Source: Candidatus Zixiibacteriota bacterium (GTDB lineage: Bacteria > Zixibacteria > MSB-5A5 > UBA10806 > 4484-95). From it: DNA of 64,000 nucleotides. The translations under genes and the position numbers were made by a program. Positions within the stretch are counted from its first letter, which is position 1. Each line of letters opens with the position of its first letter. Under the pieces are notes generated by a model. It saw only the letters and a program-made list of their open reading frames with translations. It ran no database searches and was not told where the DNA came from. This document shows, piece by piece, positions 19,975 to 29,367 of the stretch. Where the stretch lies: assembly GCA_037441845.1 (NCBI GenBank), contig JBBIRK010000001.1:529284-593283 (forward strand), written 5' to 3'.

Positions 19975-20643
19975 TCATTTAGGAGTCGCGCCCAACCTGC
20001 TCCAATCGATCCGCGAAGGGAAATGTGTCAGGTTATAGAAAAATATCTGAATGGCGGGAATTATATAGGGACTTTCCCATTTCGGCTCGTTCTTGTCGGG
20101 ACGCCAAGACCAATAAACCAGCATTCCCTTGCCTTTGATATCGGCGATCTCGATCGGCCCGAAATTGCGGGAGTCCTCGGCCTCGTCGCGGTTGTCGCCC
20201 AATATGAAGACCATACCCGCCGGCACCTGGGTCGGCGGAAAGTTATCGCGATTCGAGTAATCCGCCGGAAATATGCGATAATCACCATGTTTTATCGTCG
20301 ACGGCTCGATTATCGGATCGTTATCGACGTATACTATTTTGTCTTTGATAGCTATCGTCTGCCCCTCGGTGGCGATAACCCTGCCGGTCGCGTATTCGCC
20401 GACTTTCAAAGGATGCTTGAACACCACGATTTCGTTGACGGCCGGCTTTTGCGAACGATAGGCAAGCTGATTGACCAGTAGAAAATCACCGGCCATCAAG
20501 CCGCTTTCCATGTACATATTTTTTACCCGATACGGCATGGCGATAAAAATCCTGATCGCGCCCCCGATTAATACCACGATCGCCAACGCCTTGAGAAAAT
20601 CCAGCACCCGCGAGGGCTTCTTGCGTCTACGTCCCCGGTTCAT
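19975..20643 (-). CDS. Signal peptidase I (S26)-like protein lacking catalytic Ser/Lys
   Basis: Single N-terminal TM, 'GDFLLVN', 'EIVVF', 'RVIA..G.TI.I', 'GDNRDEAEDSRNFG'. The catalytic positions are substituted. Confidence 0.85.
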   Translation of the reverse strand: MNRGRRRKKPSRVLDFLKALAIVVLIGGAIRIFIAMPYRVKNMYMESGLMAGDFLLVNQLAYRSQKPAVNEIVVFKHPLKVGEYATGRVIATEGQTIAIKDKIVYVDNDPIIEPSTIKHGDYRIFPADYSNRDNFPPTQVPAGMVFILGDNRDEAEDSRNFGPIEIADIKGKGMLVYWSWRPDKNEPKWESPYIIPAIQIFFYNLTHFPSRIDWSRLGATPK

Positions 20644-20708
20644 ATCTGCCAGTTATATCGGCATGCGAAACGCGAAGCTTAAATAAATGAATCTATCGGC
20701 AATGAAAC

Positions 20709-20731
20709 ACCCCGCCCGAAAGGGGCGGGGT
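20709..20731 (-). terminator. Intrinsic terminator hairpin
   Basis: ACCCCGCCC-GAAAG-GGGCGGGGT downstream of the 20790-21215 gene. Confidence 0.65.
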
Positions 20732-20789
20732 CGACAATTAGTTTGAGGTGGTATGATATCCGGCAAATATGAACCGGACGAATATTCAA

Positions 20790-21215
20790 CTACTCCACTT
20801 TAGCCTCAACGAGATCGGCTTTGGTTTTGTTGGCTTTGGCCGGGGCTTTATCCAACGGTTTTATGGTGGATTTGGCCGTCGGATTCTGCAAGGCCGCTTT
20901 ATCGGCCTTGGCCCCCTTGTTCATACAGCAGACGTCGCCGTACGGACAATCAGCCGATACCTGGCCGGCTTTAGTCGACATCTGGCAAGCCTTGGAATCG
21001 ACATAGCCTGCTTCGGCGGTTTGGACCGCCACCTTATCGGTAGTGTTGGCGGAAGCGGTTTCGGTCTTGGCGGCCTTGGCCGCACAAGAACCGGCGTTAG
21101 AATTCAAGTCCGCCTTGGCGGCTTTGGCTTTAGCCTCGCCCGGGCAAGCGCCGGCGATTCCGGCCACACTCAATACCAGTGCAAATGCGGCCAGTCCGAT
21201 GATGATCTTTTTCAT
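20790..21215 (-). CDS. Small secreted Ala/Lys-rich, Cys-containing hypothetical protein
   Basis: RBS GAGGAGG before MKKIIIGLAAFALVLSVAGIAGA. Low-complexity body with 6 Cys, including DCPYGDVCCM. Confidence 0.75.
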   Translation of the reverse strand: MKKIIIGLAAFALVLSVAGIAGACPGEAKAKAAKADLNSNAGSCAAKAAKTETASANTTDKVAVQTAEAGYVDSKACQMSTKAGQVSADCPYGDVCCMNKGAKADKAALQNPTAKSTIKPLDKAPAKANKTKADLVEAKVE

Positions 21216-21513
21216 GATGGGTTCCTCCTCAATGTTGTATGTTTCCGTCGATCGACATATACGGTATACAACCAGACATTGATAATGGTTCCCAATTTCA
21301 TTTAATAAAAACATTATTCACCAATCATGGAATCCATTTACTCTTGGATCGGGTCCGGTCGGTCGCTTCCGGAAAAGCCTTCCGTGGCTGCCGCCGAAGC
21401 CATCGCCAACGGCATTGCATATAATCTTAAACCTTCATATATTTAAAAATTATGATTCCATTCGATTGCGGACAAGCCGCCTTAATAGGACCGATTGCGA
21501 AGATGACCGAGTG

Positions 21514-22740
21514 ATGAAGATACTTTTCATCAGCCATCTTTTGCCGTATCCGCCGCGCGGGGGAGCGTTTCAAAGAACTTTTAATCTCATAAGGCAGATA
21601 TCGCACAATCATCAAGTCCATTTGCTGGCCATAGCCCAGAGAGCGCATCAGGATACCACGGCGAAAATCCAAGAAGCGGTTGAGGCTCTGCAAAAGTATT
21701 GCAAGTTCGTCAAAGCATTTCGGGCTCCCGGCGATTCAAGCACTTTTCGCTGGGGATTTCTGCTTTTTTCGAACCTGTTCTCGACCAAACCGTATTCGGT
21801 CTGGAAATTCCAATCGCCGCAGATGGTCGAGGAGATCCGTCGCATCATCAGCCGGGGACATTTCGACCTGATTCATATCGACACGATCGATCTGGTCGAT
21901 TACTTGGATGATTCGCTTGGGCTGCCGATCGTCGCCAATCATCACAATATCGAATCGGACCTGCTGGCAAGAAGAGCGGCGGCGGAAAAAAATCTCTTGG
22001 CGAAATTTTACCTGAGGCTGCAGGCCCAAAAAGTTCGAAAGCTCGAACGCAGGCATGCGCCGAGGTTCGCCGTGAATCTGGTGGTATCCGCGCAGGATAA
22101 AAAACGCTTCGAGAGTATCGCCCCGACAGCCGAGTTCGAGATAATCGCGAACGGCACCGATGTCGATTACTTCAAACCTTCGACAAACACCGACACGAGA
22201 GAGCTGATTTTCGTCGGCGGCTTAGGCTGGTTTCCGAACCGCGATGCGATGTTATATTTCAGCAGCGAAATTCTGCCGCTGATCCAGAAACAGGTCCCAG
22301 ATGTCGTGCTGAATATTATCGGGAGAACGCCACCGGCCGAATTGAGCAAAATGGCGGCGCTGAATCCGGCCATCAGGCTTCATGGTTTTGTGGATGATAT
22401 CAGAAATTTAATGGCAAGGGCTGCGGTTTACGTCGTGCCGATCAGAGTGGGCGGCGGCACGAGATTGAAAATTCTCGATGCCATGGCGGCCGGCAAAGCG
22501 ATCGTGTCCACCACAATAGGCGCCGAGGGAATTCTCGCCGCTGACGGCAGTGACATCTTATTCGCCGATACGGCCGAAAGTTTCGCCGAGCGGGTGGTGC
22601 AATTACTCAACGACAAACAACTGCGCCGACGACTCGAAACCAATGCTCGTATGCTTGCGGAAAAAGAATATTCCTGGGATGTCATCGGCAAGCGATTGAA
22701 CCAAATTTATGCCGATGTCGCAGGCCGTAACCAGAGATAA
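21514..22740 (+). CDS. Glycosyltransferase family 4
   Basis: MKILFISHLLPYPP..G, HNIES, NGTD..YF, FVGGLGWFPN.DA, GGGTRLKILDAMAAG. Confidence 0.92.
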   Translation: MKILFISHLLPYPPRGGAFQRTFNLIRQISHNHQVHLLAIAQRAHQDTTAKIQEAVEALQKYCKFVKAFRAPGDSSTFRWGFLLFSNLFSTKPYSVWKFQSPQMVEEIRRIISRGHFDLIHIDTIDLVDYLDDSLGLPIVANHHNIESDLLARRAAAEKNLLAKFYLRLQAQKVRKLERRHAPRFAVNLVVSAQDKKRFESIAPTAEFEIIANGTDVDYFKPSTNTDTRELIFVGGLGWFPNRDAMLYFSSEILPLIQKQVPDVVLNIIGRTPPAELSKMAALNPAIRLHGFVDDIRNLMARAAVYVVPIRVGGGTRLKILDAMAAGKAIVSTTIGAEGILAADGSDILFADTAESFAERVVQLLNDKQLRRRLETNARMLAEKEYSWDVIGKRLNQIYADVAGRNQR

Positions 22741-22829
22741 TCGCTCCGAATCGGCTCGGGTGCGACGGGCTGTATTCCCCGATTGTGTTCCCGACCGTGG
22801 CCTGCCTGCGCAAAGCCCCTTCGCATTCT

Positions 22830-23969
22830 TCATATATTTTTAATCAAGTGATAGTAAAAGAGCGCCGCAGAAAACTTTCCGAACGGTGACATGATCGCAT
22901 TATCGTGTATGCTGGTTCGCCTTATTGCATATACTTCGCCGCCGATCGACTTCATTCCTCGAATGCGCGACTTGTCTTTGCCGTGAACACCCACCGCATA
23001 CGAATAGTCGGCCGCTGAAACCATCTCCATGATCGTTGCATCAAAATCGCCGTTCGGATAACAGAATCCTTTCACCCGGATATCGAGATTCTCTTGGATT
23101 TTTTTTCGGGAATCGATCAACTCGTGTTCGATTTCTTCTCTTGTCAGGGTGGTAAGGATACGGTGGGAGCAGCCATGGGAACCGATTTCCACGCCAGCCC
23201 GAGCCATTTCCCGGATTTCGTCCCAGGACAGCATCAAATTTTTGCCTGACAGCTCATATTCGGGAATCTCGGCATCAATCGCGATTTTCGCCAACAGACT
23301 GTCGATAATTTCCGCCTTAAACCCTTTCAATCGCCCCATAAACCAATCGGCCGGGTCATTATCGCCGGCGATATATTCCGAGGCCATCGATCGCCAAGAC
23401 GATTCCGATATCTTGCCCGCCCCGAATCGTTCCAAGTATTTTTCAAGCTGAATCCGGGATAATCCCCCTTTGACAATTATATACTTTGCCCGGTAAAACC
23501 AAAACGCTTTCACACCGCCGATATAATCAGCCGTGATGAATATGGTTACAGGTATCCCATGCTTTTTGATAATGGGAAAAGCAAAAACGTAATTATCCCG
23601 CCAACCGTCATCGACCGTTAACGCCAATGCATTGCGGGGAATATCGCTTCCCGACTTGAGCGCCTGGGCCAGAGTCTCCAGGGGCATGACGGCGAAATTG
23701 CGTTTCAGAAAGCTCAATTGCTCGTCGAAAATCTCCGGGGTAGTCACCATTCCGGGTTGAATGTACCGCCTTTGCTCGCTGCCTTTGGGCAAAAAACAGT
23801 GGTAGTTCAAGACCAAAAAACTTTGGTAGCTGTTCCTTTTGCGTTTGAAAGCAAAGTAAAAAGACAAAAGTCCCAAGTAATAAGCTCCGGTCAGGAGCAA
23901 ATATTTGATGATTTTTAGGGCTCTGGTCGTCAGCAAACATCCTACGCTTTTCAGGATTTTTCGGTACAC
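22830..23969 (-). CDS. Polysaccharide deacetylase (CE4/NodB-like)
   Basis: LNYH, TVDDGWRDNY, LSWDEI, GSHGCSH, FCYPNG. Confidence 0.92.
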   Translation of the reverse strand: MYRKILKSVGCLLTTRALKIIKYLLLTGAYYLGLLSFYFAFKRKRNSYQSFLVLNYHCFLPKGSEQRRYIQPGMVTTPEIFDEQLSFLKRNFAVMPLETLAQALKSGSDIPRNALALTVDDGWRDNYVFAFPIIKKHGIPVTIFITADYIGGVKAFWFYRAKYIIVKGGLSRIQLEKYLERFGAGKISESSWRSMASEYIAGDNDPADWFMGRLKGFKAEIIDSLLAKIAIDAEIPEYELSGKNLMLSWDEIREMARAGVEIGSHGCSHRILTTLTREEIEHELIDSRKKIQENLDIRVKGFCYPNGDFDATIMEMVSAADYSYAVGVHGKDKSRIRGMKSIGGEVYAIRRTSIHDNAIMSPFGKFSAALFYYHLIKNI

Positions 23970-23988
23970 TTGATTTAGTTAAGTTTTT

Positions 23989-25491
23989 CTATCGAGAAGA
24001 AACGACCCGCCCCTCACCGCGGTCGCTATCGATTTCCACCAGTTCCGCCTGCCTCTTGTTCCGTTGTATGAACACCAGGGCGACCACTAGAATGTATATG
24101 GTCCAAATATAAGGATAATAAACGGTTGATACGAATGTGGACGTCGTAATATAGCCTATTATACTGGCCATGAGCGATTCGGCCATATAATGCGAAAAAT
24201 AATTGCCACCCTCGGAGAACGGCCGCTTTTTCTCGCGCAACAGAAGCCAAAGCGCGGTTATCATCATCGCCGCAAAAAGGCCAAAACCCAAAAAACCGGT
24301 CTCCGCCAAAATTTGGGGAATAGTGCCGTGAAACGCCCGCCCCCAGTGAACGTTCGGATTCTCGACGCCGCTGACATATTGCGGCATATAAACCCCTCCG
24401 TTTTCGGCGCCCACACCGAACAACGGGTGATCCATGAACATCCCCAATCCCGCTTTCCAGTATCTTATTCTGGAGGCGGCCGTTCCCTCCTGAACCTGAC
24501 CTATGCTCAAGGCTTCTTGCCAGTAATCGGCCGGTGCGAATGCTATCATCGCTCCCGCCAACGCCAAGGAGATACCCAGAGCCCGCGCCTTCTTGCGCGA
24601 GGTGAGGATGTTGTAGATAATAAGACAACCGAGGCCCACCAATCCGCCGCGGGAAAAGCTGCTCACTATCGCCAAAAGAAACCAGAAAAGCATGAAAGCA
24701 AAAAACAGTTTCAACTTGTTCTTGAAAAACAGCACGCCGTAATAGGCGAACGGCATGAAAACGATCATGATCAGGGCGAAATCGTTTTCATCGCCGATGA
24801 AACCGCTGCCCACCTGACCGCTGGTCGCCCTTCCCACGGTATCCAGATACGAGCCGGATATAAACGTGAGTGTCCCCTTTATGGCGAAATACAGATGAAC
24901 CAGGAGCAACATCCAGGTGATCTGATAAAGCCGCTTTTGAGAGTCTATCAGGTTGATTCCGAGAAAATAGATTATGAAAATAACCAGCATCGCCTCGAAA
25001 ACCTGATAAGCATAAAAGTTGTTGGCGGCTATGAAAACCCCGACTAAGATAACCCCCAAATAACCCAGATAAAGACTCGAAAAAAATCCCCACAGCGGTT
25101 TCTTTTTCGTCTGGGTCATATGAATCACCAACGACAGCAAGGTTATGATTTCGAGAATCATCGAAAGCCTAAGCGGGATCAGCGCCGGAATAAAATCATA
25201 GGGTCGCAAAAAATTGTAAAGCAATATCAAAAACACGCCGGTATAAGGATTTCGTAGTATCAGGATACACACGAACGCCGCGGGTATCGCACCCAAGAGC
25301 GCAAATTGAAACATCTTCGGCAAAAAAGCCAAAACCGCGCCCAAAAGCAGCGAAATCGCGATCAGCGCCAAAATCCATAGGTGATACTTCTCGATTACAA
25401 CCCTTATTTCAGGCTGAATCCGTGAAGCCGATATTTCAGGTGTTTTGTTCATCGAAATAGAAAATCGGGCCGTATCCCCGTCAACACTCAC
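23989..25491 (-). CDS. O-antigen ligase / Wzy-like polymerase
   Basis: Polytopic membrane protein with DENDFA, SFSRGG, R..YW..G..MF.DHPLFGVG and H..IPQILAETGFLG. Confidence 0.88.
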   Translation of the reverse strand: MSVDGDTARFSISMNKTPEISASRIQPEIRVVIEKYHLWILALIAISLLLGAVLAFLPKMFQFALLGAIPAAFVCILILRNPYTGVFLILLYNFLRPYDFIPALIPLRLSMILEIITLLSLVIHMTQTKKKPLWGFFSSLYLGYLGVILVGVFIAANNFYAYQVFEAMLVIFIIYFLGINLIDSQKRLYQITWMLLLVHLYFAIKGTLTFISGSYLDTVGRATSGQVGSGFIGDENDFALIMIVFMPFAYYGVLFFKNKLKLFFAFMLFWFLLAIVSSFSRGGLVGLGCLIIYNILTSRKKARALGISLALAGAMIAFAPADYWQEALSIGQVQEGTAASRIRYWKAGLGMFMDHPLFGVGAENGGVYMPQYVSGVENPNVHWGRAFHGTIPQILAETGFLGFGLFAAMMITALWLLLREKKRPFSEGGNYFSHYMAESLMASIIGYITTSTFVSTVYYPYIWTIYILVVALVFIQRNKRQAELVEIDSDRGEGRVVSSR

Positions 25492-26843
25492 CTTCGGGCC
25501 GAACCGGTGATTTCATCCAAAAGTCCGCATAATTTTCCGGTAAGCCTTCTTCGCGACACGGAAAGCAGGCGTTCGTCTTTCCGATTGTCCACCCGCGCTC
25601 CCGAGCGGATTCTATCGATCAACTTAAGAATCCCTTCCTTGATTTTCTCTTTATCGAATATGTCGGCTATCGCCACGTTTTCGAAACCGGTCAGAAAGCG
25701 CGCGGCCGCTCCCTCCGGAAGCAGGGCAAGAATCTCATTGCCCGAGGCCAGATACTCGAACGTCTTGGCGGGAATCATCGCCGCCTGTTGAGGAGCCTGC
25801 ACCAAAATCAAAATGTCCGCCTCGATAATCAACTTGAAATAGGAATCGCGACCCACCGGCTGATTGAACTGCACCAGGTCGCCCAGTTGATAATCGGCGA
25901 TCGCCTTCCTTATGTTCGTCGTGTCCACGGTTATGATCCCCTGAAAAACAACCCGAACTTCATTTCTGCCGATCCGTTTTTCTCGAATCAACTCGCCCAG
26001 AGCCGTCAACATCACGTAAGGATCACGGCCATGATAGAGGTTTCCGGCATAAAGAAATGTTATCGGCCGCCTTGGATCGAGATTTTTCTTCTCCGTTTCT
26101 GAAAAGTCTTGGTCGTCGAATCCGTTCATTATCGTCACCATGGAATCCGATTTTTTTTCCGGGAACATTTTCCCGAATAGCTCCGTCAGCTCCGGTGTGG
26201 AGGTAACGACCTTGTCGGCTCTCATGACAACCCTTTTTTCGAGGAACCGCGCCAACCATCTGCTGAACGCCGTTTCCACCTCCGGCGGTTTCCGGGCAAG
26301 CGACCAAGGATCGCGAAAATCGGCCAGCAACGGTTTGCCGGTCGCCAAACTGGTCAGCAGCCCTATTACGTGGCAAGTATAGGGCGGCCCACTGGTATAA
26401 ACGGCGGCGATATCCCCGCCGGCGGCCAAACGGATCGCTTTAAACGTGCCGGGAATAAGCCATCCCATGTTCTCGTCGGGAATTCTCGACAATGAATTCA
26501 AAGTACGCTTCCATAAAGGAACGGCGGCCCGGTGAAAACCATCGCGGACGATCGGCGCTCCGCCTTTTTCCGTGCCCTGCGTAGTTTCGGTCGGCCTGCC
26601 CCTGACCAATCGCATGACCAATTTGATAAAATCGTCCGGTGTGGGCAATTTGCCGGTTCTATACACGACCGCATCGGACTTGGGGGCCGCAGGATCCAGA
26701 GTGGTATAATGTTTCGGATGCACCGTCAATATCACTGGCGTCCAGCCGAACTCCGGCATGTATTTGGCGAATTTTGAGGTTCTCAACACCCCCACCGACA
26801 AGTCGGGATGATAATGATAAGCCACCATCAAGACTTTTTTCAT
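25488..26843 (-). CDS. Glycosyltransferase family 4
   Basis: MKKVLMVAYHY, R..KFAKY..EFGW, TSGPP, DFRDPW, NGFD, PAKTFEYL. Confidence 0.9.
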   Translation of the reverse strand: MKKVLMVAYHYHPDLSVGVLRTSKFAKYMPEFGWTPVILTVHPKHYTTLDPAAPKSDAVVYRTGKLPTPDDFIKLVMRLVRGRPTETTQGTEKGGAPIVRDGFHRAAVPLWKRTLNSLSRIPDENMGWLIPGTFKAIRLAAGGDIAAVYTSGPPYTCHVIGLLTSLATGKPLLADFRDPWSLARKPPEVETAFSRWLARFLEKRVVMRADKVVTSTPELTELFGKMFPEKKSDSMVTIMNGFDDQDFSETEKKNLDPRRPITFLYAGNLYHGRDPYVMLTALGELIREKRIGRNEVRVVFQGIITVDTTNIRKAIADYQLGDLVQFNQPVGRDSYFKLIIEADILILVQAPQQAAMIPAKTFEYLASGNEILALLPEGAAARFLTGFENVAIADIFDKEKIKEGILKLIDRIRSGARVDNRKDERLLSVSRRRLTGKLCGLLDEITGSARR

Positions 26844-26906
26844 TTCCCCCACCACCGTTATCAACTATTATCGTTTGACCGTTTTCCCCTCGACACCGGA
26901 ACCTCT

Positions 26907-28418
26907 CTATCGCTGATTTTTGCTTTCGGCCAGACCGCCCTTCAGAATTTTCAACGACCCGATTGGATCGTGCAGGATTCTACGGACGAACTCTTTCTCC
27001 TTTTTATCGAGCACTCCGGTTTTGTAGCATAATAGCGGAAAAAGCAGAGCTATTCCGCAAAACGCCGCAATCGATAACAATTGATTATCAATCCTCAGGA
27101 AGAATACGGGCATGTTCAGCGGAATATACAGGCCGATCATCAGCAATATCCGTCCCTTTTCGTACTTTATCGGATAAAAACGTTGCGAGTAGTAATATTC
27201 GATCCCGAATCTGACCCCGAAAGAAAGCAGAGTCGAAAGCGCCGCCCCCCAACCTCCCCAAATCGGGATCAGCAGAAAATTCAGGCCGATATTGACGAAC
27301 ATCGCTATCACCGTGGAAATGCCGCGGTATTTGGTCTGGTTCTTTATAAGTATGCCGCAGGAGGCGATATAATAAGCGCCCATGACCGCATAAGAGAAAC
27401 TGATCAACGGCACCAGCTGAAATGCGCTCAGATAGGCGGGATCCGCGATCACTCGCAGCAGATCGCGGGCAAGAAGCGAAAATGCAAGACTGACCGTTAA
27501 AATGGCCAGAACGAAATAGGTCATTATCTTCGATATCGTCCGGGGCCCTTCCTCCTTCTTGGCGATTTCGAACATCTTGGCGCTCCAGATCTGCACGAAC
27601 GGGCCGGTGAACAAGTTCGACACCAGCATTCCGAGCTTATAGGCAAGCGAATACAGGCCGACCTGGGTCAAATCGCGGTAGTGCTCGACGAAATAGCGAT
27701 CCGAAAACGTGAGCGCGAACATCGACAGGCCGCTCAGCAACAGCGGGGCGCTGTAGCCGAGCATATTGCGATACATACCGAAATCGAATCCTATGCCGGT
27801 TTCTTTGAACGTGAGAGCCACCAGAATCGCGCAAAAGATGAACTTGGAAATAAGCGTGCTGTAAAGAATCCCCATCACTCCCAAACGCAACCCAACAAGG
27901 AAATAAATGTTCAAGGTAAGTTGCAAAAGCAGACTGGCCAGATTTATGACGATGAAGCGGGCGCTCTGCTGCTTGGCCCTGATAAATATCATCGGAATCT
28001 CGAGACTGCCGGCAAGAAACATGCTGATGAAAGCGACTCGGAAATGGGGGGAATAATCCGACGTCTCGAACACCAGCCTCGACACCGATTCGGAAAAGAA
28101 AAGGCAGACCATCGAGGCCAAAGCGAACAACACCGAATTGCCGATAATAGCGGTGCTCACCGATCGATTTTTTTGCGAAACATCATCGTAAAGGTAATAG
28201 TAACGCATCACCGCGGTGGTCATCCCCAGCCCGGCGATAGTGGAAACCAGATCGGTGGTCAAGGTCAGAAGCTCGAGCGTCCCGTATTCCAATGGCGTCA
28301 GCAGGCGGGTGTATATCGGCAGCATGATAAAGGCAACCATCCGATTGAGAAGGATGCCGATGGTGTAGATCGAACCGTGCTTGAGCAGGCTTTTTATATC
28401 ATCGAACATCGCTGCCAT
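26907..28418 (-). CDS. Wzx-type polysaccharide flippase
   Basis: LPIYTRLLTPLEYG, SDRYF, VGLYSLAYK, NIGLNFLLIP.WG..GAA, many TM segments. Confidence 0.9.
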   Translation of the reverse strand: MAAMFDDIKSLLKHGSIYTIGILLNRMVAFIMLPIYTRLLTPLEYGTLELLTLTTDLVSTIAGLGMTTAVMRYYYLYDDVSQKNRSVSTAIIGNSVLFALASMVCLFFSESVSRLVFETSDYSPHFRVAFISMFLAGSLEIPMIFIRAKQQSARFIVINLASLLLQLTLNIYFLVGLRLGVMGILYSTLISKFIFCAILVALTFKETGIGFDFGMYRNMLGYSAPLLLSGLSMFALTFSDRYFVEHYRDLTQVGLYSLAYKLGMLVSNLFTGPFVQIWSAKMFEIAKKEEGPRTISKIMTYFVLAILTVSLAFSLLARDLLRVIADPAYLSAFQLVPLISFSYAVMGAYYIASCGILIKNQTKYRGISTVIAMFVNIGLNFLLIPIWGGWGAALSTLLSFGVRFGIEYYYSQRFYPIKYEKGRILLMIGLYIPLNMPVFFLRIDNQLLSIAAFCGIALLFPLLCYKTGVLDKKEKEFVRRILHDPIGSLKILKGGLAESKNQR

Positions 28419-28474
28419 ATTCCGATTCAGGACCGGTTTTCCCGTGGAAATCGCCTTCGATTATCATTATGGAT

Positions 28475-29149
28475 TTACTTCGAAAAAAGATTTTGTTGTC
28501 CCGAGGATTCACTTGGTTGCGCGCTTTCGGCCGGCTTTTCGGGGGCGGATTCCGCCGGCGGATATCCGAACAGATGGCGGTTGTCGTAATTGTTCATCAA
28601 AACTCGGCCGGGGTTCCCGGCGGCCAAACAGCCGTCCGGTATGTCTCTCGACAAAATGCAGCCGCTGGTTATCGTCACGTTATTGCCTATTTTGATCGCG
28701 CCCGATATCACCGATCCCGTGCCGATCCAGACGTTGTCTCCAATCACCGGCACGCCCTCCTTGCCTCCGGTGTGGCCCACACCGATCGTAACGTTATGGG
28801 TGACGCTGAAATTGGCGCCGATTTTCGTCGGGCCGATATAGATATTTCCTATATGTCCGACGTAAAAACCGGGCCCGATATCGGCGTCGATTACCACATG
28901 GTAAACGGCCTTGATAAAATAATCGAATATGAAATGAGTTACCTTAACGGGAAACCCGATTATTTTATTTTTCGCATACAGTCGCGAACCGAAGTTGCCC
29001 AGCCGGTAAATGACCACACAATGAAAACCGAAATGAAAAATCCAGAGGCAGATCTTGTTGAAAAGCGATGGCTTTTTCGAGCCGTAACCGATTCTATAAT
29101 ATTTTTCGATATCGGCCTTGAAGGGGCTTTTCCCTATACCCACTGTCAA
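28475..29149 (-). CDS. Serine-acetyltransferase-like hexapeptide acyltransferase (probably sugar O-acetylation)
   Basis: IGPGFYVGH, HNVTIG, PVIGDNVWIGTG, AAGNPGR left-handed beta-helix, located inside the polysaccharide cluster. Confidence 0.85.
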   Translation of the reverse strand: MTVGIGKSPFKADIEKYYRIGYGSKKPSLFNKICLWIFHFGFHCVVIYRLGNFGSRLYAKNKIIGFPVKVTHFIFDYFIKAVYHVVIDADIGPGFYVGHIGNIYIGPTKIGANFSVTHNVTIGVGHTGGKEGVPVIGDNVWIGTGSVISGAIKIGNNVTITSGCILSRDIPDGCLAAGNPGRVLMNNYDNRHLFGYPPAESAPEKPAESAQPSESSGQQNLFSK

Positions 29150-29367
29150 TTATCCCCGTGAATAATCTTCATCGGTCTTATAAAGAGACTTTTACCACAC
29201 TAAACCGATTGTTTTCCGTTTTCTCCCGAGAGCGCTCTTTTCCCGGATATTCCGATACCGAAACGGATCCCGATTCGAACCTGTACGACCTGTCGTGGCT
29301 TCCATTTGCCGCAGTCAATTCATTTTAGGCTATATATATTACAATGCCTTTTCATTATCAAGCGAAC

